Below are positions 28,201 to 40,559 of a DNA stretch of 64,000 bases, piece after piece (within the stretch, counting starts at the first letter, position 1; each line of letters begins with the position of its first letter). This DNA is from Auanema rhodensis (Eukaryota > Animalia > Nematoda), in contig OZ059897.1 in assembly GCA_964057225.1 (NCBI GenBank), positions 1,178,001 to 1,242,000 on the forward strand, in the 5' to 3' direction. A program made the position numbers and the translations under genes. The notes below the pieces were generated by a model that did not search any database, was not told the origin of the DNA, and was given only the letters and a program-made list of their open reading frames with translations.

Positions 28201-31200
28201 TGTCAAAATGTTTTTGGAAGCAATGTTGAGCGTACATGGAAACTCAACATACACTAATGCATCATTTTTCAAACGATCATAACTAATTTTTGTATTGAGC
28301 GTTTCTTAATGTATTATAGTGCATTCGATGCGGATTTTTAAGCTGCGTCGATCTGTGTTATCAGATTTGCGCTAGCTTAAAAATGCACCGAGATATCAAC
28401 TGATATAAGTTCACACTTATATCCTCGATTTTCACCCTGAAGAATTAATTTTTTCGTTGAATAACATTGTCCATCGTCTTCGCCTTGAAAAAAAAAATCT
28501 AAAAACATCTACTTTTCGTAAAATTATCTTGAAATTTTTCAGGAAAATTTTTGTCAAAATGTTTTTGGAAGCAATGTTGAGTGTACATGGAAACTCAACA
28601 TACACTAATGCATCATTTTTCAAACGATCATAACTAATTTTTGTATTGAGCGTTTCTTAATGTATTATAGTGCATTCGATGCGGATTTTTAAGCTGCTTC
28701 GATCTGTGTTATCAGATTTGCGCTAGCTTAGAAACGCACCGAGATATCAACTGATATAAGTTCACACTTATATCCTCGATTTTCACCCTGAAGAATTAAT
28801 TTTTTCGTTGAATAACATTGTCCATCGTCTTCGCCTTGAAAAAAGGAATTTAAAAACATCTACTTTTCGTGAAATTATTTTGAAATTTTTCGGGAAAATT
28901 TTTGTCAAAATGTTTTTGGAAGCAATGTTGAGTGTACATGGAAACTCAACATACACTAATGCATCATTTTTCAAACGATCATAACTAATTTTTGTATTGA
29001 GCGTTTTTTGATGTATTATAGTGCATTCGATACGGATTTTCAAGCTGCTTCGATCTGTGTTATCAGATTTGCGCTAGCAAAGAAATGCACCGAGATATCA
29101 ACTGATATAAGTTCACACTTATATCCTCGATTTTCACCCTGAAGAATTGATTTTTTCGTTGAATAACATTGTCCATCGTCTTCGCCTTGAAAAAAGGAAT
29201 TTAAAAACATCTACTTTTCGTGAAATTATTTTGAAATTTTTCGGGAAAATTTTTGTCAAAATGTTTTTGGAAGCAATGTTGAGAGTACATGGAAACTCAA
29301 CATACACTAATGCATCATTTTTCAAACGATCATAACTAATTTTTGTATTGAGCGTTTCTTAATGTATTATAGTGCATTCGAAACGGATTTTTAAGCTGCG
29401 TCGATCTGTGTTATCAGATTTGCGCTAGCAAAGAAATGCACCGAGATATCAACTGATATAAGTTCACACTTATATCCTCGATTTTCACCCTGAAGAATTA
29501 ATTTTTTCGTTGAATAACATTGTCCATCGTCTTCGCCTTGAAAAAAGGAATCTAAAAACATCTAGTTTTTGTAAAATTATCCTGAAATTTTTCGGGAAAA
29601 TTTTTGTCAAAATGTTTTTGGAAGCAATGTTGAGTGTACATGGAAACTCAACATACACTAATGCATCATTTTTCAAACAATCATAACTAATTTTTGTATT
29701 GAGCGTTTCTTAATGTATTATAGTGCATTCGATGCGGATTTTTAAGCTGCTTCGATCTGTGTTATCAGATTTGCGCTAGCTTAGAAATGCACCGAGATAT
29801 CAACTGATATAAGTTCACACTTATATCCTCGATTTTCACCCTGAAGAATTAATTTTTTCGTTGAATAACATTGTCCATCGTCTTCGCCTTGAAAAAAGGA
29901 ATTTAAAAACATCTACTTTTCGTGAAATTGTTTTGAAATTTTTCGGGAAAATTTTTGTCAAAATGTTTTTGGAAGCAATGTTGAGCGTACATGGAAACTC
30001 AACATACACTAATGCATCATTTTTCAAACGATCATAACTAATTTTTGTATTGAGCGTTTCTTAATGTATTATAGTGCATTCGATGCGGATTTTTAAGCTG
30101 CGTCGATCTGTGTTATCAGATTTGCGCTAGCAAAGAAATGCACCGAGATATCAACTGATATAAGTTCACACTTATATCCTCGATTTTCACCCTGAAGAAC
30201 TAATTTTTTCGTTGAATAACATTGTCCATCGTCTTCGCCTTGAAAAAAGGAATTTAAAAACATCTACTTTTCGTGAAATTATTTTGAAATTTTTCGGGAA
30301 AATTTTTGTCAAAATGTTTTTGGAAGCAATGTTGAGCGTACATGGAAACTCAACATACACTAATGCATCATTTTTCAAACGATCATAACTAATTTTTGTA
30401 TTGAGCGTTTCTTAATGTATTATAGTGCATTCAATACGGATTTTTAAGCTGCTTCGATCTGTGTTATCAGATTTGCGCTAGCTTAAAAATGCACCGAGAT
30501 ATCAACTGATATAAGTTCACACTTATATCCTCGATTTTCACCCTGAAGAATTAATTTTTTCGTTGAATAACATTGTCCATCGTCTTCGCCTTGAAAAAAG
30601 GAATCTAAAAACATCTAGTTTTTGTAAAATTATCCTGAAATTTTTCGGGAAAATTTTTGTCAAAATGTTTTTGGAAGCAATGTTGAGTGTACATGGAAAC
30701 TCAACATACACTAATGCATCTTTTTTCAAACAATCATAAATACTTTTGTATTGAGCGTTTCTCAATGTAGTATAGTGCATTCGAAACGGATTTTTAAGCT
30801 GCGTCGATCTGTGTTATCAGATTTGCGCTAGCAAAGAAATGCACCGAGATATCAACTGATATAAGTTCACACTTATATCCTCGATTTTCACCCTGAAGAA
30901 TTAATTTTTTCGTTGAATAACATTGTCCATCGTCTTCGCCTTGAAAAAAGGAATCTAAAAACATCTAGTTTTTGTAAAATTATCCTGAAATTTTTCGGGA
31001 AAATTTTTGTCAAAATGTTTTTGGAAGCAATGTTGAGTGTACATGGAAACTCAACATACACTAATGCATCATTTTTCAAACAATCATAACTAATTTTTGT
31101 ATTGAGCGTTTCTTAATGTATTATAGTGCATTCGATGCGGATTTTTAAGCTGCTTCGATCTGTGTTATCAGATTTGCGTTAGCTTAGAAATGCACCGAGA

Positions 31201-31517
31201 TATCAACTGATATAAGTTCACACTTATATCCTCGATTTTCACCCTGACGAATTAATTTTTTCGTTGAATAACATTGTCCATCGTCTTCGCCTTGAAAAAA
31301 GGAATTTAAAAACATCTACTTTTCGTGAAATTGTTTTGAAATTTTTCGGGAAAATTTTTGTCAAAATGTTTTTGGAAGCAATGTTGAGCGTACATGGAAA
31401 CTCAACATACACTAATGCATCATTTTTCAAACGATCATAACTAATTTTTGTAATGAGCGTTTTTTAATGTATTATAGTGCATTCGATACGGATTTTTAAG
31501 CTGCTTCGATCTGTGTT
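25201..31517. repeat. Sat-A imperfect 9-monomer higher-order repeat (about 3158-3159 bp), two copies
   Basis: The markers GAAAAAAAAAATC, GAAACGCAC and GAGAGTAC recur at offset 3159 (ORFs 25273/28432, 25624/28783, 25975/29134). CCCTGACGAA recurs at offset 3158 (28081/31239). The middle monomers differ between the two copies. Confidence 0.8.
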
Positions 31518-34500
31518 ATCAGATTTGCGCTAGCAAAGAAATGCACCGAGATATCAACTGATATAAGTTCACCCTTATATCCTCGATTTTCACCCTGAAG
31601 AATTAATTTTTTCGTTGAATAACATTGTCCATCGTCTTCGCCTTAAAAAAAGGAATCTAAAAACATGTAGTTTTTGTAAAATTATCCTGAAATTTTTCGG
31701 GAAAATTTTTGTCAAAATGTTTTTGGAAGCAATGTTGAGTGTACATGGAAACTCAACATACACTAATGCATCTTTTTTCAAACAATCATAAATACTTTTG
31801 TATTGAGCGTTTCTCAATGTAGTATAGTGCTTTCGAAACGGATTTTTAAGCTGCGTCGATCTGTGTTATCAGATTTGCGCTAGCTTAAAAATGCACCGAG
31901 ATATCAACTGATATAAGTTCACACTTATATCCTCGATTTTCACCCTGAAGAATTAATTTTTTCGTTGAATAACATTGTCCATCGTCTTTGCCTTGAAAAA
32001 AGAAATCTAAAAACATCTACTTTTCGTAAAATTATCTTGAAATTTTTCAGGAAAATTTTTGTCAAAATGTTTTTGGAAGCAATGTTGAGTGTACATGGAA
32101 ACTCAACATACACTAATGCATAATTTTTTAAACAATCATAACTAATTTTTGTATTGAGCGTTTCTTAATGTATTATAGTGCATTCGATGCGGATTTTTAA
32201 GCTGCTTCGATCTGTGTTATCAGATTTGCGCTAGCTTAGAAATGCACCGAGATATCAACTGATATAAGTTCACACTTATATCCTCGATTTTCACCCTGAA
32301 GAATTAATTTTTTCGTTGAATAACATTGTCCATCGTCTTTGCCTTGAAAAAAGAAATCTAAAAACATCTACTTTTCGTAAAATTATCTTGAAATTTTTCA
32401 GGAAAATTTTTGTCAAAATGTTTTTGGAAGCAATGTTGAGTGTACATGGAAACTCAACATACACTAATGCATAATTTTTTAAACAATCATAACTAATTTT
32501 TGTATTGAGCGTTTCTTAATGTATTATAGTGCATTCGATGCGGATTTTTAAGCTGCTTCGATCTGTGTTATCAGATTTGCGCTAGCTTAGAAATGCACCG
32601 AGATATCAACTGATATAAGTTCACACTTATATCCTCGATTTTCACCCTGAAGAATTAATTTTTTCGTTGAATAACATTGTCCATCGTCTTCGCCTTGGAA
32701 AAAGGAATTTAAAAACATCTACTTTTTGTGAAATTATTTTGAAATTTTTCGGGAAAATTTTTGTCAAAATGTTTTTGGAAGCAATGTTGAGTGTACATGG
32801 AAACTCAACATACACTAATGCATCATTTTTCAAACGATCATAACTAATTTTTGTATTGAGCGTTTTTTAATGTATTATAGTGCATTCGATACGGATTTTT
32901 AAGCTGCTTCGATCTGTGTTATCAGATTTGCGCTAGCAAAGAAATGCACCGAGATATCAACTGATATAAGTTCACACTTATATCCTCGATTTTCACCCTG
33001 AAGAATTAATTTTTTCGTTGAATAACATTGTCCATCGTCTTCGCCTTGAAAAAAGGAATTTAAAAACATCTACTATTCGTGAAATTATTTTGAAATTTTT
33101 CGGAAAAATTTTTGTCAAAATGTTTTTGGAAGCAATGTTGAGTGTACATGGAAACTCAACATACACTAATGCATCATTTTTCAAACGATCATAACTAATT
33201 TTTGTATTGAGCGTTTTTTAATGTATTATAGTGCATTCGATACGGATTTTTAAGCTGCTTCGATCTGTGTTATCAGATTTGCGCTAGCAAAGAAATGCAC
33301 CGAGATATCAACTGATATAAGTTCACCCTTATATCCTCGATTTTCACCCTGAAGAATTAATTTTTTCGTTGAATAACATTGTCCATCGTCTTCGCCTTAA
33401 AAAAAGGAATCTAAAAACATCTAGTTTTTGTAAAATTATCCTGAAATTTTTCGGGAAAATTTTTGTCAAAATGTTTTTGGAAGCAATGTTGAGTGTACAT
33501 GGAAACTCAACATACACTAATGCATCTTTTTTCAAACAATCATAAATACTTTTGTATTGAGCGTTTCTCAATGTAGTATAGTGCTTTCGATACGGATTTT
33601 TAAGCTGCTTCGATCTGTGTTATCAGATTTGCGCTAGCTTAGAAATGCACCGAGATATCAACTGATATAAGTTCACACTTATATCCTCGATTTTCACCCT
33701 GAAGAATTAATTTTTTCGTTGAATAACATTGTCCATCGTCTTTGCCTTGAAAAAAGAAATCTAAAAACATCTACTTTTCGTAAAATTATCTTGAAATTTT
33801 TCAGGAAAATTTTTGTCAAAATGTTTTTGGAAGCAATGTTGAGTGTACATGGAAACTCAACATACACTAATGCATCATTTTTCAAACGATCATAACTAAT
33901 TTTTGTATTGAGCGTTTTTTAATGTATTATAGTGCATTCGATACGGATTTTTAAGCTGCTTCGATCTGTGTTATCAGATTTGCGCTAGCAAAGAAATGCA
34001 CCGAGATATCAACTGATATAAGTTCACACTTATATCCTCGATTTTCACCCTGAAGAATTAATTTTTTCGTTGAATAACATTGTCCATCGTCTTCGCCTTG
34101 AAAAAAGGAATTTAAAAACATCTACTATTCGTGAAATTATTTTGAAATTTTTCGGGAAAATTTTTGTCAAAATGTTTTTGGAAGCAATGTTGAGCGTACA
34201 TGGAAACTCAACATACACTAATGCATCATTTTTCAAACGATCATAACTAATTTTTGTATTGAGCGTTTCTTAATGTATTATAGTGCATTCGATGCGGATT
34301 TTTAAGCTGCGTCGATCTGTGTTATCAGATTTGAGTTAGCTTAAAAATACACCGAGATATCAACTGATATAAGTTCACACTTATATCCTCGATGTTCACC
34401 CTGAAGAATTAATTTTTTCGTTGAATAACATTGTCCATCGTCTTCGCCTTGAAAAAAGGAATCTAAAAACATCTAGTTTTTGTAAAATTATCCTGAAATT

Positions 34501-37500
34501 TTTCGGGAAAATTTTTGTCAAAATGTTTTTGGAAGCAATGTTGAGTGTACATGGAAACTCAACATACACTAATGCATCTTTTTTCAAACAATCATAAATA
34601 CTTTTGTATTGAGCGTTTCTCAATGTAGTATAGTGCATTCGAAACGGATTTTTAAGCTGCGTCGATCTGTGTTATCAGATTTGCGCTAGCTTAAAAATGC
34701 ACCGAGATATCAACTGATATAAGTTCACACTTATATCCTCGATTTTCACCCTGAAGAATTAATTTTTTCGTTGAATAACATTGTCCATCGTCTTCGCCTT
34801 GAAAAAAAAAATCTAAAAACATCTACTTTTCGTAAAATTATCTTGAAATTTTTCAGGAAAATTTTTATCAAAATGTTTTTGGAAGCAATGTTGAGTGTAC
34901 ATGGAAACTCAACATACACTAATGCATCATTTTTTAAACAATCATAACTAATTTTTGTATTGAGCGTTTCTTAATGTATTATAGTGCATTCGATGCGGAT
35001 TTTTAAGCTGCTTCGATCTGTGTTATCAGATTTGCGCTAGCTTAGAAACGCACCGAGATATCAACTGATATAAGTTCACACTTATATCCTCGATTTTCAC
35101 CCTGAAGAATTAATTTTTTCGTTGAATAACATTGTCCATCGTCTTCGCCTTGAAAAAAGGAATTTAAAAACATCTACTTTTTGTGAAATTATTTTGAAAT
35201 TTTTCGGGAAAATTTTTGTCAAAATGTTTTTGGAAGCAATGTTGAGTGTACATGGAAACTCAACATACACTAATGCATCATTTTTTAAACAATCATAACT
35301 AATTTTTGTATTGAGCGTTTCTTAATGTATTATAATGCATTCGATGCGGATTTTTAAGCTGCTTCGATCTGTGTTATCAGATTTGCGCTAGCTTAGAAAT
35401 GCACCGAGATATCAACTGATATAAGTTCACACTTATATCCTCGATTTTCACCCTGAAGAATTAATTTTTTCGTTGAATAACATTGTCCATCGTCTTCGCC
35501 TTGAAAAAAGGAATTTAAAAACATCTACTTTTCGTGAAATTGTTTTGAAATTTTTCGGGAAAATTTTTGTCAAAATGTTTTTGGAAGCAATGTTGAGCGT
35601 ACATGGAAACTCAACATACACTAATGCATCATTTTTCAAACGATCATAACTAATTTTTGTATTGAGCGTTTCTTAATGTATTATAGTGCATTCGATGCGG
35701 ATTTTTAAGCTGCTTCGATCTGTGTTATCAGATTTGCGCTAGCTTAAAAATGCACCGAGATATCAACTGATATAAGTTCACACTTATATCCTCGATTTTC
35801 ACCCTGAAGAATTAATTTTTTCGTTGAATAACATTGTCCATCGTCTTCGCCTTGAAAAAAGAAATCTAAAAACATCTACTTTTGGTAATATTATTTTGAA
35901 ATTTTTCAGGAAAATTTTTGTCAAAATGTTTTTGGAAGCAATGTTGAGTGTACATGGAAACTCAACATACACTAATGCATAATTTTTTAAACAATCATAA
36001 CTAATTTTTGTATTGAGCGTTTCTTAATGTATTATAGTGCATTCGATGCGGATTTTTAAGCTGCGTCGATCTGTGTTATCAGATTTGAGTTAGCTTAAAA
36101 ATGCACCGAGATATCAACTGATATAAGTTCACACTTATATCCTCGATTTTCACCCTGAAGAATTAATTTTTTCGTTGAATAACATTGTCCATCGTCTTCG
36201 CCTTGAAAAAAGGAATTTAAAAACATCTACTTTTGGTAAAATTATTTTGAAATTTTTCGGGAAAATTTTTGTCAAAATGTTTTTGGAAGCAATGTTGAGT
36301 GTACATGGAAACTCAACATACACTAATGCATCATTTTTCAAACGATCATAACTAATTTTTGTATTGAGCGTTTCTCAATGTAGTATAGTGCTTTCGAAAC
36401 GGATTTTTAAGCTGCTTCGATCTGTGTTATCAGATTTGCGCTAGCAAAGAAATGCACCGAGATATCAACTGATATAAGTTCACACTTATATCCTCGATTT
36501 TCACCCTGAAGAATTAATTTTTTCGTTGAATAACATTGTCCATCGTCTTCGCCTTAAAAAAAGGAATCTAAAAACATCTAGTTTTTGTAAAATTATCCTG
36601 AAATTTTTCGGGAAAATTTTTGTCAAAATGTTTTTGGAAGCAATGTTGAGTGTACATGGAAACTCAACATACACTAATGCATCTTTTTTCAAACAATCAT
36701 AAATACTTTTGTATTGAGCGTTTCTCAATGTAGTATAGTGCTTTCGAAACGGATTTTTAAGCTGCGTCGATCTGTGTTATCAGATTTGCGCTAGCTTAAA
36801 AATGCACCGAGATATCAACTGATATAAGTTCACACTTATATCCTCGATTTTCACCCTGAAGAATTAATTTTTTCGTTGAATAACATTGTCCATCGTCTTT
36901 GCCTTGAAAAAAGAAATCTAAAAACATCTACTTTTCGTAAAATTATCTTGAAATTTTTCAGGAAAATTTTTGTCAAAATGTTTTTGGAAGCAATGTTGAG
37001 TGTACATGGAAACTCAACATACACTAATGCATAATTTTTTAAACAATCATAACTAATTTTTGTATTGAGCGTTTCTTAATGTATTATAGTGCATTCGATG
37101 CGGATTTTTAAGCTGCTTCGATCTGTGTTATCAGATTTGCGCTAGCTTAGAAATGCACCGAGATATCAACTGATATAAGTTCACACTTATATCCTCGATT
37201 TTCACCCTGAAGAATTAATTTTTTCGTTGAATAACATTGTCCATCGTCTTCGCCTTGAAAAAAGGAATTTAAAAACATCTACTTTTTGTGAAATTATTTT
37301 GAAATTTTTCGGGAAAATTTTTGTCAAAATGTTTTTGGAAGCAATGTTGAGTGTACATGGAAACTCAACATACACTAATGCATCATTTTTCAAACGATCA
37401 TAACTAATTTTTGTATTGAGCGTTTTTTAATGTATTATAGTGCATTCGATACGGATTTTTAAGCTGCTTCGATCTGTGTTATCAGATTTGCGCTAGCAAA

Positions 37501-37757
37501 GAAATGCACCGAGATATCAACTGATATAAGTTCACACTTATATCCTCGATTTTCACCCTGAAGAATTAATTTTTTCGTTGAATAACATTGTCCATCGTCT
37601 TCGCCTTGAAAAAAGGAATTTAAAAACATCTACTTTTCGTGAAATTATTTTGAAATTTTTCGGGAAAATTTTTGTCAAAATGTTTTTGGAAGCAATGTTG
37701 AGCGTACATGGAAACTCAACATACACTAATGCATCATTTTTCAAACGATCATAACTA

Positions 37758-37778
37758 ATTTTTGCTAGCTCTAGCTGG
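37758..37778. other. Direct Sat-A/Sat-B junction
   Basis: The junction reads ...ATAACTAATTTTTG|CTAGCTCTAGCTGG..., with no intervening unique DNA. ATTTTTG (or TTTG) is shared by both satellites at this point. Confidence 0.95.
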
Positions 37779-38180
37779 TTTTCAATTTTTATGAGATTTT
37801 TCATCATCTTACAACAAATTCAATTGAATCTAACATGAAATAATTATTCGTTTTGAAAAGCATTGAATATCATTGTTCCTTGTAATAATTGATTTGAATA
37901 TTGCTTCGTTTGTTTTAAGATTTTGCTACTGCATAGCTTCAGTTTGCTGCTCTAGCTGGTTTTCAATTTTTATTAGATTTTTCATCATCTTACAACAAAT
38001 TCAATTGAATCTAACATGAATTATTTTTTCGTTTTGAAAAGCATTGAATATCATTGTTCCTTATAATATTGGATTTGAATATTGCTTCGTTAGTTTTATG
38101 ATTTCTGCTACTGTATAGCTTCAGTTTGCTGCTCTAGCTGGTTTTCAATTTTTATGAGATTTTTCATCATCTTACAACAA

Positions 38181-38192
38181 ATTCAATTGAAT
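38181..38192. other. 12-bp perfect palindrome ATTCAATTGAAT in most Sat-B monomers (one instance given)
   Basis: The 12-mer is self-complementary. The variant ATTCATTTGAAT occurs in a subset of monomers. Confidence 0.9.
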
Positions 38193-40559
38193 CTAACATG
38201 AAATAATTTTTCGTTTTGAAAAGCATTGAATATCATTGTTCCTTATAATATTGGATTTGAATATTGCTTCGTTAGTTTTATGATTTTTGCTACTACATGT
38301 CATGTGTTTACTGCTCTAGCTGGTTTTCAATTTTTATGAGATTTTTCATCATCTTACAACAAATTCAATTGAATCTAACATGAATCATTTTTTCGTTTTG
38401 AAAAGCATTGAATATCATTGTTCCTTGTAATATTGGATTTGATTATTTCTTTGTTAGCTTTATGATTTTTGCTACTGTATAGCTTCAGTTTGCTGCTCTA
38501 GCTGGTTTTCAATTTTTATGAGATTTTTCATCATCTTACAACAAATTCAATTGAATCTAACATGAAATAATTATTCGTTTTGAAAAGCATTGAATATTAT
38601 TGTTCCTTATAATATTGGATTTGAATATTGCTTCGTTAGTTTTATGATTTTTGCTACTACATGTCATGTGTTTACTGCTCTAGCTGGTTTTCAATTTTTA
38701 TGAGATTTTTCATCATCTTACAACAAATTCAATTGAATCTAACATGAATTATTTTTTCGTTTTGAAAAGCATTGAATATCATTGTTCCTTGTAATATTGG
38801 ATTTGATTATTGCTTTGTTAGCTTTATGATTTTTGCTACTGTATAGCTTCAGTTTGCTGCTCTAGCTGGTTTTCAATTTTTATGAGATTTTTCATCATCT
38901 TACAACAAATTCAATTGAATCTAACATGAAATAATTATTCGTTTTGAAAAGCATTGAATATCATTGTTCCTTATAATATTGGATTTGAATATTGCTTCGT
39001 TAGTTTTATGATTTTTGCTACTACATGTCATGTGTTTAGTGCTCTAGCTGGTTTTCAATTTTTATGAGATTTTTCATCATCTTACAACAAATTCAATTGA
39101 ATCTAACATGAAATAATTATTCGTTTTGAAAAGCATTGAATATTATTGTTCCTTATAATATTGGATTTGAATATTGCTTCGTTAGTTTTATGATTTTTGC
39201 TACTACATGTCATGTGTTTACTGCTCTAGCTGGTTTTCAATTTTTATGAGATTTTTCATCATCTTACAACAAATTCAATTGAATCTAACATGAATTATTT
39301 TTTCGTTTTGAAAAGCATTGAATATCATTGTTCCTTGTAATATTGGATTTGATTATTGCTTTGTTAGCTTTATGATTTTTGCTACTGTATAGCTTCAGTT
39401 TGCTGCTCTAGCTGGTTTTCAATTTTTATGAGATTTTTCATCATCTTACAACAAATTCAATTGAATCTAACATGAAATAATTATTCGTTTTGAAAAGCAT
39501 TGAATATCATTGTTCCTTATAATATTGGATTTGAATATTGCTTCGTTAGTTTTATGATTTTTGCTACTACATGTCATGTGTTTAGTGCTCTAGCTGGTTT
39601 TCAATTTTTATGAGATTTTTCATCATCTTACAACAAATTCAATTGAATCTAACATGAATTATTTTTTCGTTTTGAAAAGCATTGAATATCATTGTTCCTT
39701 GTAATATTGGATTTGATTATTGCTTTGTTAGCTTTATGATTTTGCTACTGTATAGCTTCAGTTTGCTGCTCTAGCTGGTTTTCAATTTTTATGAGAATTT
39801 TCATCATCTTACAACAAATTCAATTGAATCTAACATGAAATAATTTTTCGTTTTGAAAAGCATTGAATATCATTGTTCCTTATAATATTGGATTTGAATA
39901 TTGCTTCGTTAGTTTTATGATTTTTGCTACTACATGTCATGTGTTTACTGCTCTAGCTGGTTTTCAATTTTTATGAGATTTTTCATCATCTTACAACAAA
40001 TTCAATTGAATCTAACATGAATTATTTTTTCGTTTTGAAAACCATTGAATATCATTGTTCCTTGTAATATTGGATTTGATTATTGCTTTGTTAGCTTTAT
40101 GATTTTTGCTACTGTATAGCTTCAGTTTGCTGCTCTAGCTGGTTTTCAATTTTTATGAGATTTTTCATCATCTTATAACAAATTCAATTGAATCTAACAT
40201 GAAATAATTTTTCGTTTTGAAAAGCAGTGAATATCATTGTTCCTTATAATATTGGATTTGAATATTGCTTCGTTAGTTTTATGATTTTTGCTACTACATG
40301 TCATGTGTTTAGTGCTCTAGCTGGTTTTCAATTTTTATGAGATTTTTCATCATCTTACAACAAATTCAATTGAATCTAACATGAATTATTTTTTCGTTTT
40401 GAAAAGCATTGAATATCATTGTTCCTTGTAATATTGGATTTGATTATTGCTTTGTTAGCTTTATGATTTTGCTACTGTATAGCTTCAGTTTGCTGCTCTA
40501 GCTGGTTTTCAATTTTTATGAGAATTTTCATCATCTTACAACAAATTCAATTGAATCTA

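Larger units (their letters stand above)
1..37764. repeat. Tandem satellite array Sat-A, 351-bp monomer (some 350 bp), about 108 head-to-tail copies; continues beyond the left window edge
   Basis: ATCAGATTTGCGCTAGC recurs at 1, 352, 703 and onward. ORF-track coordinates step by exactly 351 up to 22537. Monomers differ only at scattered variant sites. GC count is 108/351 on monomer 1. The array stops after ...GATCATAACTAATTTTTG at 37764. Confidence 0.99.

Noticed and set aside
5000-29335. Sporadic plus-strand 62-aa ORFs and 64/82-aa minus-strand ORFs
   Set aside because: They are created by single SNPs or homopolymer indels in individual monomers and overlap the other spurious ORF.
73-37807. 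About 90 copies of a 63-86 aa minus-strand ORF (MKNVALVYVEFPCTLNIA...), resembling a tandem microprotein gene array
   Set aside because: The 'M' of the 63-aa form is TTG, not ATG. Variants are mostly non-synonymous, several monomers have stops or lose the start, and the K/F/I/N-rich composition simply mirrors A/T tracts. No recognisable domain is present. Only Ribo-seq or proteomics evidence would revive it.
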